A stretch of DNA of 64,000 nt, taken from Anaerovoracaceae bacterium. GTDB lineage: Bacteria; Bacillota; Clostridia; Peptostreptococcales; Anaerovoracaceae. Position numbers and translations under genes: made by a program. Below the pieces are notes generated by a model, which saw nothing but the letters and a program-made list of their open reading frames with translations, was not told where the DNA came from and ran no database searches. This document shows, one piece after another, positions 29,778-39,479 of this stretch. The stretch covers positions 5,188 to 69,187 of the forward strand of contig JASBYX010000002.1 in assembly GCA_029983755.1 (NCBI GenBank), in the 5' to 3' direction. The number at the start of each line of letters is the position of its first letter. Position 1 is the first letter of the stretch.

Positions 29778-30653
29778 ATGAAGTACGGTTGTCAGTCTAT
29801 GGTAAACAAAATCGAATCTATTCTGATTAAGAAACCTGAACAAGCCTTTATTAGCCAGGACCATTTGGATAATAACTATAAGGCGTATAATTACATTGGA
29901 TGCCCCAATTATAAGAAAAGTGTGGAAGAATATGATATTTTTGAGAATATAATTAAGGATAATGTGGAAAACGTTTATCATCTTCCAGAAAACAACTTGG
30001 TTGGGCTTGACTCTATTTATGCACATGATTCTTTGAAGGTTACTAAACATGGAGCAATATATTTTCCAATGGGGAAGAAATTAAGACAGAATGAAAGAAA
30101 AGCAACCGAAGAATTTTTAAAATCAAAAGGTGTACCAACCTTAGGATATATTGAGGCTCCTGGGAAAATGGAAGGAGGAGATGTTGTTTGGATTGATGAA
30201 AAAACGGTTGCGATAGGATGTGGATATCGAACTAATTATGAAGGTATTGAACAGTTCAAAGCACTCACTAAGGATTTTATTGAAGAATATATTATTGTTG
30301 AAACTCCATATGCAGACGGACCTGATGCATGCCTTCATTTGATGAGTATTATAAGCTTAGTTGATAAAGACTTAGCCGTTGTGTACTCAAAATACATGCC
30401 AGTTGTGTTTAGAAACTACTTAATAGAAAGAGGGATCAAGCTAATTGAGGTGGACGATAAGGAATATGATTATCTGGGATGTAATGTATTGGCATTAGCT
30501 CCAAGAAAAGTTGTTATTATAGATGGAGTTCCTAACATCACAAAAAAACTGAGAGAGGAAGGGTGTGAAGTTTTTACATATCCAGGGAAAGAAGTTTCAT
30601 ATAGAGGTACTGGAGGGCCAACTTGTTTCACCTGTCCAATAACAAGAGAATAA
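29778..30653 (+). CDS. Amidinotransferase/pentein superfamily hydrolase, DDAH-like
   Basis: DSIYAHD, EGGD, RTN, LHLMS, C-terminal GGPTC catalytic Cys; ~290 aa, too short for ArcA; RBS GAGGAGG. Confidence 0.85.
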   Translation: MKYGCQSMVNKIESILIKKPEQAFISQDHLDNNYKAYNYIGCPNYKKSVEEYDIFENIIKDNVENVYHLPENNLVGLDSIYAHDSLKVTKHGAIYFPMGKKLRQNERKATEEFLKSKGVPTLGYIEAPGKMEGGDVVWIDEKTVAIGCGYRTNYEGIEQFKALTKDFIEEYIIVETPYADGPDACLHLMSIISLVDKDLAVVYSKYMPVVFRNYLIERGIKLIEVDDKEYDYLGCNVLALAPRKVVIIDGVPNITKKLREEGCEVFTYPGKEVSYRGTGGPTCFTCPITRE

Positions 30654-30724
30654 CAAAATAACGATCAAGTAGATATCGAAAATGATTCCATCGTAGCTGA
30701 ACAGCTAGGAAAGTGAGGGTTGGA

Positions 30725-32203
30725 ATGAGTATTACAGATATAGTTACGGTTGTTGTTTATGATTATTTATGGGGTTTACCACTTGTATTTTTGGTTTTAA
30801 CTGCCGGTGCCTTTCTTACTTTGAGAACGGGGTTTTTCCAAATTCAATTTTTCCGAAAAGCCTTTGCTCAAACGAAAATTAGTTTGATCGGAGAAAAACA
30901 AGCAGAGAAAAATAGTAAAACGGGAGTAATATCATCATTTGAAGCCATGAGCATGGCTTTAGGTACGACAATAGGTGTTGGCAATATAGGCGGCGTTGCA
31001 ACGGCTATAGCATTAGGTGGTCCAGGAGCTATATTTTGGATGTGGATTGCAGGGCTCTTTGGTTTAGTAATTAAAACGGTTGAAATAACATTGGCAGTTT
31101 ATTATAGATCAAGAACAGATCAAGGAGAATCATATGGTGGACCCAACTACTATATGCATAAAGGGATCGGTATTGAAAAAGGCTACAAGAAACTGTCAAA
31201 ATTTCTTAGTTTTATATTCGCCTTCGGTTTTATACTTGGAATATTTTTAAACATTCAAACATATACCGTTTCTGAAGCTGTTGCAGGGACTTTTTCGTTT
31301 AATGCTAATTGGGTTGCAATTGTATACACTGTTGCACTGTACATAATGATCAGTGGCGGTATGAAAAGAATTGGGAAAATTGCAACAATAATCGTACCTT
31401 TTATGTGTGCGTTCTACATAATAGGAGGATTGATAGTAATCATAATTAATATTGAGAACCTTATACCTTCGATAGGTCTAATTATCAAGGCGGCTTTCAA
31501 TCCTATTGCTGCCACAGGGGGATTTGCAGGATCTAGCGTAAGCTTAGCTCTAAAATCGGGAATGAGTAGATCTGTGTTTAGCAATGAGGCTGGTTGGGGT
31601 TCCGCACCAATGATTCATGCGTCAGCAAAAGTAAACCATCCTTTAAAACAAGGGATGATTGGTATTTTTGAAGTGTTCTTCGATACTATTATTGTTTGTT
31701 CAATAACTGGACTAGTGATTATTATTACAGGACAGTGGAAAACAGGATTAGACGGCGCAACCCTTACTTTAAGTGCGTTTGAAACAGGAATGGGAAATGT
31801 TGGAAGAATAATTCTTGCAGTTGGTATATTTTTCTTTGGACTAACTACTTCTAGTGGTGTCTATACTCAGATAGAAGTTGTACTTAGATACATTTTTAAA
31901 AAATCGAAAATAAGAAAAAATCTTTTGACAGCATATAAATGGTTTTATCCAATTCCGAGTATAGCGTTGGTTTTTATCGCTAAAAAAAACGGTTTACCGG
32001 GAACGACTGTTTGGTTATTTTCAGATGCATCAACAGCACTGCCTATTTTTGCAAATATATTGACATTATTAATCTTGTCTCCGAAATTTATGAAAATTGT
32101 AAAAGACTATAAAGCCAGATATTTAAACAAAGGGATAGTAGATAATGAGTTTAAAGTATTCTTTGAAGGGTCTGATGATGAGAATAGAGTTGACAAAGTG
32201 TAA
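30725..32203 (+). CDS. Alanine/glycine:cation symporter (AGCS) family amino-acid transporter
   Basis: IGVGNIGGVATAIALGGPGAIFWMW, GGPNYY, FSNEAGWGS, FDTIIVC. Confidence 0.93.
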   Translation: MSITDIVTVVVYDYLWGLPLVFLVLTAGAFLTLRTGFFQIQFFRKAFAQTKISLIGEKQAEKNSKTGVISSFEAMSMALGTTIGVGNIGGVATAIALGGPGAIFWMWIAGLFGLVIKTVEITLAVYYRSRTDQGESYGGPNYYMHKGIGIEKGYKKLSKFLSFIFAFGFILGIFLNIQTYTVSEAVAGTFSFNANWVAIVYTVALYIMISGGMKRIGKIATIIVPFMCAFYIIGGLIVIIINIENLIPSIGLIIKAAFNPIAATGGFAGSSVSLALKSGMSRSVFSNEAGWGSAPMIHASAKVNHPLKQGMIGIFEVFFDTIIVCSITGLVIIITGQWKTGLDGATLTLSAFETGMGNVGRIILAVGIFFFGLTTSSGVYTQIEVVLRYIFKKSKIRKNLLTAYKWFYPIPSIALVFIAKKNGLPGTTVWLFSDASTALPIFANILTLLILSPKFMKIVKDYKARYLNKGIVDNEFKVFFEGSDDENRVDKV

Positions 32204-32319
32204 AAAATAGATAGATGTATATAATCTGAGACTTAATTTATATATTGTGATTTTAAGGAATATATCATCGTGAGAAAACCACCTTTATGTGTTATAATCA
32301 TTCTAACAAGGAGGCAAAC

Positions 32320-32961
32320 ATGTATCAATCGCTTAAAGAGATGGTTTACGAATATATTTCTGATGAAATAAGGACTAAAAGATTAAAGACAAACGATAAA
32401 GTAAATGAGTTAGCTATAAGCAAGAAATTAAATGTATCTAGAACACCAGTAAGGGAAGCCCTAGTGCAATTAAGTGCGGACGGATTGCTGGAAATGACAC
32501 CAAGAAGGGGATTCCGTGTGATGGAGCTAGGGATCAAAACTGTACAGGACTTATATACGGTACTTGGCGCCTTGGACGTTTTAGCAGCAAATATAGCTAT
32601 CAAATTAATCAATAGAAAAGATCTGGATAAAATGGATGAACTCATCCACAAAATGAACAAAGCAATTGAGGACTATGATTTTAAAGAATACTATCATCTG
32701 CAAGTAGAATTTCACAATGTTTACGTTAATAAAACAGATAATGACATACTCATAGATGAAATTAATCGGCTAAAGAAAAGATTTGTTAGACAGAGCTACT
32801 CGAATATAGATGACCCCAAGATGAAAGAGGCACTCGCAGGAGCTAATAAAGAACATGAAGAAATACTTAGTTGCTTTAAGACAGATAATATAAGGAGATT
32901 GAAGAAGGTGCTAGTTAAGCACTGGAATGTAAATTATGCGGATCTGGATTCCATTGATTGA
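32320..32961 (+). CDS. GntR-family (FCD) transcriptional regulator
   Basis: LNVSRTPVREAL..PRRG; C-terminal FH..EH..H; RBS AAGGAGG. Confidence 0.92.
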   Translation: MYQSLKEMVYEYISDEIRTKRLKTNDKVNELAISKKLNVSRTPVREALVQLSADGLLEMTPRRGFRVMELGIKTVQDLYTVLGALDVLAANIAIKLINRKDLDKMDELIHKMNKAIEDYDFKEYYHLQVEFHNVYVNKTDNDILIDEINRLKKRFVRQSYSNIDDPKMKEALAGANKEHEEILSCFKTDNIRRLKKVLVKHWNVNYADLDSID

Positions 32962-32988
32962 TTTCCTAGGTTATGAAGGAGAGCAAAG

Positions 32989-34662
32989 GTGGAGAAGTTG
33001 TTTGCAAACGATAGAAAAGAATCTATAAAGAAAATCCTATATGGGTATGTGAATGAAGACAGTATCAGTAACACAAAGAAAGAAAAGCAGGCGGAAAAAT
33101 ATTTTATAGACTATTTTTCGAGTCAGAAGTATTTTCAGGAAAACCCCGAGTATATGGGAGCCTTTCCAATAGAAAATGATGCATTGAAAAGATCAGTGTC
33201 TTGGGCGATGGTGCGAGGTAACGGTACAAAAACGGTAGTCATGATACATCACAATGATGTTGTAACAGTTGAAGATTACAAATCTTTAAAGAATTTTGCA
33301 TTTCAACCGGACGTTCTTTATGAGAAACTAGGAGCCATCAAAGATAGCTTTTCAGAAGAAGCTAGAAAAGACTATGAAAGTGGGGACTACCTTTTCGGGA
33401 GAGGCGTGTGCGATATGAAGGGTGGCGGATCAATTCAGATGCAACTTTTGACAGAGTACAGCCTAGAGGATTTTAATGGAAATGTTATTGTGCTCGGATT
33501 ACCTGATGAAGAAAATCTGTCTGTTGGAATGCGAACGGCTGTTTTGTTATTGAAAAAATTAAAGGCAAAATATAGTTTAGACTATGTTCTAATGATTAAT
33601 TCGGAGCCACATCAGAGGAGAAATCCTGAGGAAGGGGTTTTTTCGTTCGGATCAATAGGCAAGGTTATGCCATACATTTATGTTAGAGGATTTTTAGCAC
33701 ATGCCGGTAAAGTTTTTGAGGGCTTTAACCCTGTAAATGTAATGGCAGAAATCGTGAGAGAGACAGAAGTTAATGTTGAATTAAGTGACGTGATGGGTAA
33801 GGAGGTAGCACCTCCGCCTACATGGCTGTATCTGAGAGAGAATAAGCTTTCATATGATGTCTCCATGCCATTATCTATAAGCGGATGCTTGAGCGTTTTG
33901 ACATTTACCCAAACTCCGAAGTCTGTTCTTGACAAGGTTAAAACCATATGCAAAAAATCCTTTGATCGAGTTATCGAGGATATGAACTCAAATTATACAA
34001 AATACATGCAACATGGTGGAAGCAACTCTGCGATGCTCTCATGGAAAAGCAATGTAGTTTTTTTTGGTGAACTTTGTAGCGAAGCTAGAGAAAAATACGG
34101 TGACGATTTTCAGGCTAAATACGAAGAATATTTGGAGAAAATAAGCGATGATATATTCCATGAGAGGGAAACCTACATCTCTGCCAACTATAAACTAATT
34201 GAGTTTGTATATGATTACATTGATGACATGTCTCCAAGGGTTGTAATCGCCCTTGCGCCACCATATTATCCAAACGTGACCAATAAATTCCATGAAGGTG
34301 AAGAAAACCAGCTTTCCAATTTGTATGACGTGATGTCGGGCTTTGTGCAAAGAACCTTTGGGCAGAAATATGTAGCTGAAAATATTTATACTGGAATTTC
34401 AGATCTTAGCTATTCGAGTGTCTATAATTATGAAGAAACTTTGGAAGGTCTTAGGCAGGCGATGCCACTTTTTGGTAAAGCCTACAATTTACCTATTGCA
34501 GAGATAAATGAAATTGCAATGCCTTGTGTGAATGTTGGCCCGTGGGGGAAGGACTTTCACAAGCTCACTGAAAGGGTTTATAAACCTGATTTATATTACA
34601 GGACACCACAGATATTGGACTACGTTATTAGAGCGATATTAAAATCAGGGGAAATTGTATAG
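32989..34662 (+). CDS. rocB: M20-family metallohydrolase, RocB-like
   Basis: HNDVV, GRGVCDMKGG, PDEE, NSEP, GSIGK, GISDLS, GPWGKDFHKLTERVY. Confidence 0.8.
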   Translation: MEKLFANDRKESIKKILYGYVNEDSISNTKKEKQAEKYFIDYFSSQKYFQENPEYMGAFPIENDALKRSVSWAMVRGNGTKTVVMIHHNDVVTVEDYKSLKNFAFQPDVLYEKLGAIKDSFSEEARKDYESGDYLFGRGVCDMKGGGSIQMQLLTEYSLEDFNGNVIVLGLPDEENLSVGMRTAVLLLKKLKAKYSLDYVLMINSEPHQRRNPEEGVFSFGSIGKVMPYIYVRGFLAHAGKVFEGFNPVNVMAEIVRETEVNVELSDVMGKEVAPPPTWLYLRENKLSYDVSMPLSISGCLSVLTFTQTPKSVLDKVKTICKKSFDRVIEDMNSNYTKYMQHGGSNSAMLSWKSNVVFFGELCSEAREKYGDDFQAKYEEYLEKISDDIFHERETYISANYKLIEFVYDYIDDMSPRVVIALAPPYYPNVTNKFHEGEENQLSNLYDVMSGFVQRTFGQKYVAENIYTGISDLSYSSVYNYEETLEGLRQAMPLFGKAYNLPIAEINEIAMPCVNVGPWGKDFHKLTERVYKPDLYYRTPQILDYVIRAILKSGEIV

Positions 34663-34679
34663 TTAAGTTGACAAAATAT

Positions 34680-34866
34680 TAAAAACGCACCGGGCAATGC
34701 CATGCCATCTGAATAGCTAGGGGGTTATCTCTAGCTGTAAAGGGCATTTATTCCCGGTGCGTTTTGTATTTTTATAAATCCTTTGATTAAAATAGTTTTT
34801 AATGTTCGTACTCTGCTCTCTGCTCAGGTGGTAATTGATCCATGAGGTCCTTACGCCCTATTTTTA
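34680..34866. repeat. 187-bp direct repeat, copy 2 (bidirectional terminator plus 3' end of NhaC-family gene)
   Basis: Matches 26104-26290; hairpin AAAACGCACCGGG ... CCCGGTGCGTTTT. Confidence 0.97.
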
Positions 34867-36247
34867 GGACAATTGAAACCATCATTACGATGAACATTGC
34901 TGAGGTGTAGAATACAAGTGGCATAACATCAGTACCCTTTAGTGGAGCTGAAGAATCAGCCGCAAACCCTAGTGTGTAAATCATCGCAGGAGTCCATGGT
35001 AAGCAGTAGACTAATGTGTTGGACTGAGCATCCATTAAGTTGGCGGTGCGATAAGGTGAAATTCCGTGCTTCTTGGAGAGTGGCTTTGCAAAAGAGGCCC
35101 CTACTGCGAGGATGGCTGGAGCGTTCAGCCCCATTATAGCCGATAAAACTATAACCATCAGAGAGATAGAGAGCTCAGCACCCTTAGGGCCTTTAGCTAT
35201 TTTGCCGATTGCATCAAGTATTAGGAGATCGCCTCGCCCTTGCCTCATTATACTGATAGATCCGAACAGTAGAAGGGCAAGTATGATAACTTGGAGCATA
35301 CTGTTTAGACCTTGGTAGATTACGCCGTCAACAGTTCGATCTAGGCCTTCTCCAAATACTGCGATAACCGCTGGCTTTTCGCCCAGTTCAGGTGCGTTTG
35401 TGATGGTTACAAAATCAAAGAGTCCGGCAGCAACGGCAACTACACAACCGAGGACAGTTCCGATAGTTGTGGCTATAATAATGTCGCCGGTTTTAATAGC
35501 GGTGTAAATTGCAATTGCAACGGGGATGAGCATCAAAAGGGTAAGTGGGTCGTATTGATAGTCAACGGATCCGCTGGCCGAAGAAGATGTCATAAGACTG
35601 TATATTACAAATGCAGGGATGGCAATTAGTGATGCCACGATAGCGTATTTAACTCTTGACCTTACAACGCCCACAACATCTACTTCTTGGGTGGTTGCTG
35701 AACAGATCGTTGTATCTGATATTGGCGCCAGATTATCGCCAAAGGCTGCACCTGAAATGATTGCGCCTGCTAAGAGAGGGTGATTGCAACCCAAGGCTAC
35801 ACCTGCAGGATAGAGAACTCCCATTCCTGCAGCGATGGTTCCAAAACCTGTACCGGAAGCAGTGGCGAAAACAGCTGATGACAAGAATGTGATAACTACA
35901 AATAGCGTAGGACCGACCCCAATATCCGCTGCAACTCCTGCAAGTCCTGATGCTAGCCCGGACATTCTTAGAACCCTTGAAAAGACACCTGCAAAAATCC
36001 AACATACAACAGGTACAATAGCCTCTTTACTTGCCATGCCGGAAATTACAGTTTCGGAATAGAATTTCTTATCCTTTGCAAAGAAGAAAGGTACGAAGAT
36101 GGCTAGAAATGCCGGTACCCACAAGGCTCCGTCAGAAATTGACTTCCAACCGAATGTCGTTGTAATAATCGTTGCGATGAAGATTAGAAATGGCAACAAT
36201 GACACCCATTCTCCACCATAAAACTCCAATTTTTTCTCTTCTTTCAT
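34799..36247 (-). CDS. Na+/H+ antiporter NhaC-family transporter (probable amino-acid transporter)
   Basis: ATASGTGFGT, ISGAAFGDNLAPISDTT; multiple TM helices; RBS GGAGG. Confidence 0.85.
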   Translation of the reverse strand: MKEEKKLEFYGGEWVSLLPFLIFIATIITTTFGWKSISDGALWVPAFLAIFVPFFFAKDKKFYSETVISGMASKEAIVPVVCWIFAGVFSRVLRMSGLASGLAGVAADIGVGPTLFVVITFLSSAVFATASGTGFGTIAAGMGVLYPAGVALGCNHPLLAGAIISGAAFGDNLAPISDTTICSATTQEVDVVGVVRSRVKYAIVASLIAIPAFVIYSLMTSSSASGSVDYQYDPLTLLMLIPVAIAIYTAIKTGDIIIATTIGTVLGCVVAVAAGLFDFVTITNAPELGEKPAVIAVFGEGLDRTVDGVIYQGLNSMLQVIILALLLFGSISIMRQGRGDLLILDAIGKIAKGPKGAELSISLMVIVLSAIMGLNAPAILAVGASFAKPLSKKHGISPYRTANLMDAQSNTLVYCLPWTPAMIYTLGFAADSSAPLKGTDVMPLVFYTSAMFIVMMVSIVLKIGRKDLMDQLPPEQRAEYEH

Positions 36248-36401
36248 TTTTACCTCCTGGTTGAAATATATTAAAATAAATACAGCTATTTTAATAATAC
36301 TCCGAGCACTACTTCCTGTAAACGGACAAAATATAAAAGTTCGATGAATAAAATGTAATTTGCGGTTTTCTACTCTTCATATAAAGAGGAAATCCAATGT
36401 T

Positions 36402-36521
36402 TAGAAACCTGGGATCTATACAATTCAAAACTTGGGAGGTGAAAAAGCAGAAGCTTGGGAGTTAAAAATCTAGAAATCTGGGAGTTGATATCTTCAAAAT
36501 CTGGGAGTTGTGTAGTATAAT
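36402..36521 (+). repeat. Five direct repeats with exact 23-bp period overlapping the promoter of the AAA/DUF4143 gene
   Basis: TGGGA cores at 36410, 36433, 36456, 36479, 36502; TTCAAA(36493)-17-TATAAT(36516). Confidence 0.85.
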
Positions 36522-36540
36522 GTTTAGCAGGAGGTAATCT

Positions 36541-37800
36541 ATGAAACAGTATTTACCAAGATTAGTAGACGAAACTCTTGAAAAGGAACTTAAAGCCTTT
36601 GGGGCTGTTTTAATAACAGGTCCGAAATGGTGTGGAAAAACTACAACAGGATTGAACAAAGCAAAGAGCACGCTCTATCTCCAAAATCCCGACGAAAGAG
36701 AACAAAATTTAAGACTAGCTGATGTGAAACCATCATTACTCTTAGAAGGTGATAATCCAAGATTAATTGATGAGTGGCAAGATGCTCCACAGCTCTGGGA
36801 TTCGGTAAGATTTAGTGTGGATCAGAGATCTGAGACAGGACTATACATTCTTACCGGATCAACAACGGTTGATGAATCATTAATTTCACACTCTGGAACA
36901 GGTAGGATTTCAAGACTCAAAATGAGGACAATGAGCTTATTTGAAAGTGGAGATTCGAACGGAGATGTTAGTATTACTCAATTAATTAATGGAGAGGAGA
37001 TATCAGGCAGGTCACCCCATACGATAGAAGACATTGCCGATCTAATCGTTGGGGGAGGATGGCCAGCTTCTGCAGGTAAAGATTTTGAAATAAAGAAAAG
37101 GCAGGTTTCCGGTTACTGTAAGGCAATAGTAAATACGGAGATATCCACAGCGGATGGCATTAATAGGGACGAAGAAAAAGTATACCAAGTTCTTAGGTCA
37201 TATTCCCGTCACATTTCAACGCAAGCTACTATCAAGACCATAACAAATGATGTTAATAAGAATTTCGACTCAATAAATAGAAAGACCGTTGGTGAATATC
37301 TGGAAGCGCTGCGAAAGATATTCGTGATTGAAGATCTGAGAGCCTGGAGTCCAAGACTCAGATCCAAAACCGCTATTTCTGCTAGTTCAACGAGACAATT
37401 TGTCGATCCTGCCATTGCAGCTTATTTTCTCAATGCAAACTCGAAGGATCTTATAAACGATCTGGAAACCATGGGATTGCTATTTGAATCTATGGTTATA
37501 AGAGATCTACGAATCTATACAGAAAGTTTAGATGGCAGTGTGTATCATTATCGTGATAGCAGTGGTCAAGAAGCTGATGCTATTTTGCACTTCAGAAATG
37601 GTCAATGGGGTGCAATAGAAGTAAAATTAGGAAATAAAGCAATTGAAGAAGGTGCTCAAAGCCTTATAAAACTGGCTGATAAAGTGGATAAAGATTCAAT
37701 GAGTGCACCTGCTTTTTTGGCTGTCGTTACAGGAACCGGCTATGCATATAGGAGAAAAGATGGCGTTTATGTCATCCCAATTGGGTGTTTGAAAAATTAG
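36541..37800 (+). CDS. AAA_14 ATPase with DUF4143 (PD-(D/E)xK-like) domain
   Basis: GPKWCGKTT, LIDEWQ, ILTGS, FVDP, YRDSSGQEAD..AIEVK; RBS AGGAGG. Confidence 0.88.
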   Translation: MKQYLPRLVDETLEKELKAFGAVLITGPKWCGKTTTGLNKAKSTLYLQNPDEREQNLRLADVKPSLLLEGDNPRLIDEWQDAPQLWDSVRFSVDQRSETGLYILTGSTTVDESLISHSGTGRISRLKMRTMSLFESGDSNGDVSITQLINGEEISGRSPHTIEDIADLIVGGGWPASAGKDFEIKKRQVSGYCKAIVNTEISTADGINRDEEKVYQVLRSYSRHISTQATIKTITNDVNKNFDSINRKTVGEYLEALRKIFVIEDLRAWSPRLRSKTAISASSTRQFVDPAIAAYFLNANSKDLINDLETMGLLFESMVIRDLRIYTESLDGSVYHYRDSSGQEADAILHFRNGQWGAIEVKLGNKAIEEGAQSLIKLADKVDKDSMSAPAFLAVVTGTGYAYRRKDGVYVIPIGCLKN

Positions 37801-37850
37801 GTCATCTTGAAATTAACCAACGGTTTACAGCAGCCAACTAAACCTCCCAC

Positions 37851-37890
37851 TGCAAAAATATTTGCACAAACTCCAAATCTATGATAAAAT
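37851..37890 (+). promoter_or_regulatory. Activator gene promoter overlapped by a RocR-type box
   Basis: TGCAAAAATATTTGCA (37851-37866) overlapping TTGCAC-17-TAAAAT. Confidence 0.6.
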
Positions 37891-37971
37891 GATAACACTC
37901 TCATGGAAACGAGGGAGAGTGAGAGAAACTAAAAATTTGCTACAATAATCAGAAGAATTGGAGATAATGCC

Positions 37972-39438
37972 TTGTCAAATGCGAAGCCGATAGATGCAAA
38001 AAAACTTGCACTGCTCAGGAATAAACTAAATAAAAGCGACTATATCAAGCTGATAGAGCAGCTCGTTTCAATGGTAGAAGAAGGCATTTACATTGTGGAT
38101 AAGGAAGGCATGGGACTGTTTTATAATGATCCCATGGCTCAGATTGAAAACGTAAATGTGGAAGACGTCCTCGGCAAAGAGTTTCAGCAAGCCTTCCCAG
38201 GTGTAGCTTTGAGAGATAGCACATTGTTCAAAGCTCTTAAGAAGAAGGAGTGCAGCAAGAAGAATCAGCAGGTTTACATCAATCTGCGAGGTAAGCAGGT
38301 TTCCACAAACAATATGACTGCACCCGTTATGAACAATGGAGAAACCGTTGCGGCTGTGGAGATCGCAAAGGACATCACTAATATTGAGGAGCTCAGCAAT
38401 ACCATACAAGATCTGAGGCAAGGAGAGGCTAAAGGCAAGAAGGGGATTTCCTCAAAGGGAGCAAAGCCTAAGATGAAGCATTATCGCTTCGAAGATATCA
38501 TAGGGCAGAATCCCGGATTTTTAAAAACTGTCAATTTGGCAAAGAGGGCGGCTGAAAACGATGCCACAGTGTTCATCTACGGTGAGACCGGTACTGGAAA
38601 AGAGCTGCTGGCACAGAGCATCCATTACGACGGAGCGAGAAAGAATGCTCCCTTCATGGCCCAAAACTGCGCCGCATTGCCGGAAACCCTGCTTGAAGGT
38701 ATTTTGTTTGGAACATCAAAGGGAGGATTTACAGGAGCTGTTGACAGAGCAGGGCTTTTCGAGCAGGCAAACGGGGGCACGCTGCTCCTTGATGAGATAA
38801 GTGCCATGCCATATGACCTGCAGAGCAAGCTGCTCAGAGTCCTTCAGGAGGAGTACATAAGGCGAGTCGGAGGTACAGAGGAGATTCCCATAGACGTGCA
38901 CATAATTGCAACTGTAAATGAACCCCCTGAGGACCTTATTGCTCAGGGCAAGCTCCGAAAGGATCTCTACTATAGACTTAATGTTGTTAACATAAATCTT
39001 CCGCCTCTCAGGGAAAGAAAGGACGACATTCCGCTTCTTGTGGACGCATTTCTAGACAAGCATTGCAAACGCTTCGGCAAAGAGCTTTGGATGGCTACAG
39101 ATGATGTTATCAAAACTCTGCAATCTTACAACTACCCCGGAAACATCAGGGAACTGGAGAATATAATAATGCAGTCCGTGGCTCTTGCAGGTAACGAGCA
39201 TGTGCTCACAGGGAAGCTGCTCCACATGCCTGTGGGAATCAGGCAAGCAGGAGATATAGCCGGTGAATGGGACGGAACTCAGCCCCTTGACGTATACCTT
39301 GGTAACGTTGAGAAGGAGCTGATTAGACGTGTTATGATTGAAGAAAGCGGTGTGGTTTCGAGGGCTGCAAACAAGCTTCAAATCAAACGGCAGACTCTTC
39401 AGCATAAATTGAAGAAATATAATATGAAGGAAAAGTAG
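37972..39438 (+). CDS. Sigma-54-dependent activator (PAS-AAA-HTH), RocR-like
   Basis: GETGTGKE, GGFTGA, LLLDE, RKDLYYRL, PGNIREL, RQTLQHKLKKY. Confidence 0.9.
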   Translation: MSNAKPIDAKKLALLRNKLNKSDYIKLIEQLVSMVEEGIYIVDKEGMGLFYNDPMAQIENVNVEDVLGKEFQQAFPGVALRDSTLFKALKKKECSKKNQQVYINLRGKQVSTNNMTAPVMNNGETVAAVEIAKDITNIEELSNTIQDLRQGEAKGKKGISSKGAKPKMKHYRFEDIIGQNPGFLKTVNLAKRAAENDATVFIYGETGTGKELLAQSIHYDGARKNAPFMAQNCAALPETLLEGILFGTSKGGFTGAVDRAGLFEQANGGTLLLDEISAMPYDLQSKLLRVLQEEYIRRVGGTEEIPIDVHIIATVNEPPEDLIAQGKLRKDLYYRLNVVNINLPPLRERKDDIPLLVDAFLDKHCKRFGKELWMATDDVIKTLQSYNYPGNIRELENIIMQSVALAGNEHVLTGKLLHMPVGIRQAGDIAGEWDGTQPLDVYLGNVEKELIRRVMIEESGVVSRAANKLQIKRQTLQHKLKKYNMKEK

Positions 39439-39442
39439 AGCA

Positions 39443-39479
39443 GCAAAAACATTTGCATAATAACGCAAAATATTTTGCG
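39443..39479. promoter_or_regulatory. Tandem upstream activator sequences (RocR-type boxes)
   Basis: GCAAAAACATTTGC (39443) and perfect palindrome CGCAAAATATTTTGCG (39464). Confidence 0.7.

Larger units (their letters stand above)
26104..34866. mobile_element. Putative integrase-less genomic islet (8,576-bp unit) bounded by 187-bp direct repeats
   Basis: Flanking repeats and visibly AT-richer cargo than hut/ord genes; no mobility gene seen. Confidence 0.65.

Noticed and set aside
29778..30653. Canonical arginine deiminase (arcA)
   Set aside because: Too short, lacks FxRD/HLD motifs, and no arcB/arcC nearby.
36402..36516. Mini-CRISPR or guide-RNA array
   Set aside because: The 23-bp period leaves only about 8 variable bases, the repeats are degenerate and they overlap the promoter; operator or iteron-like sites fit better.
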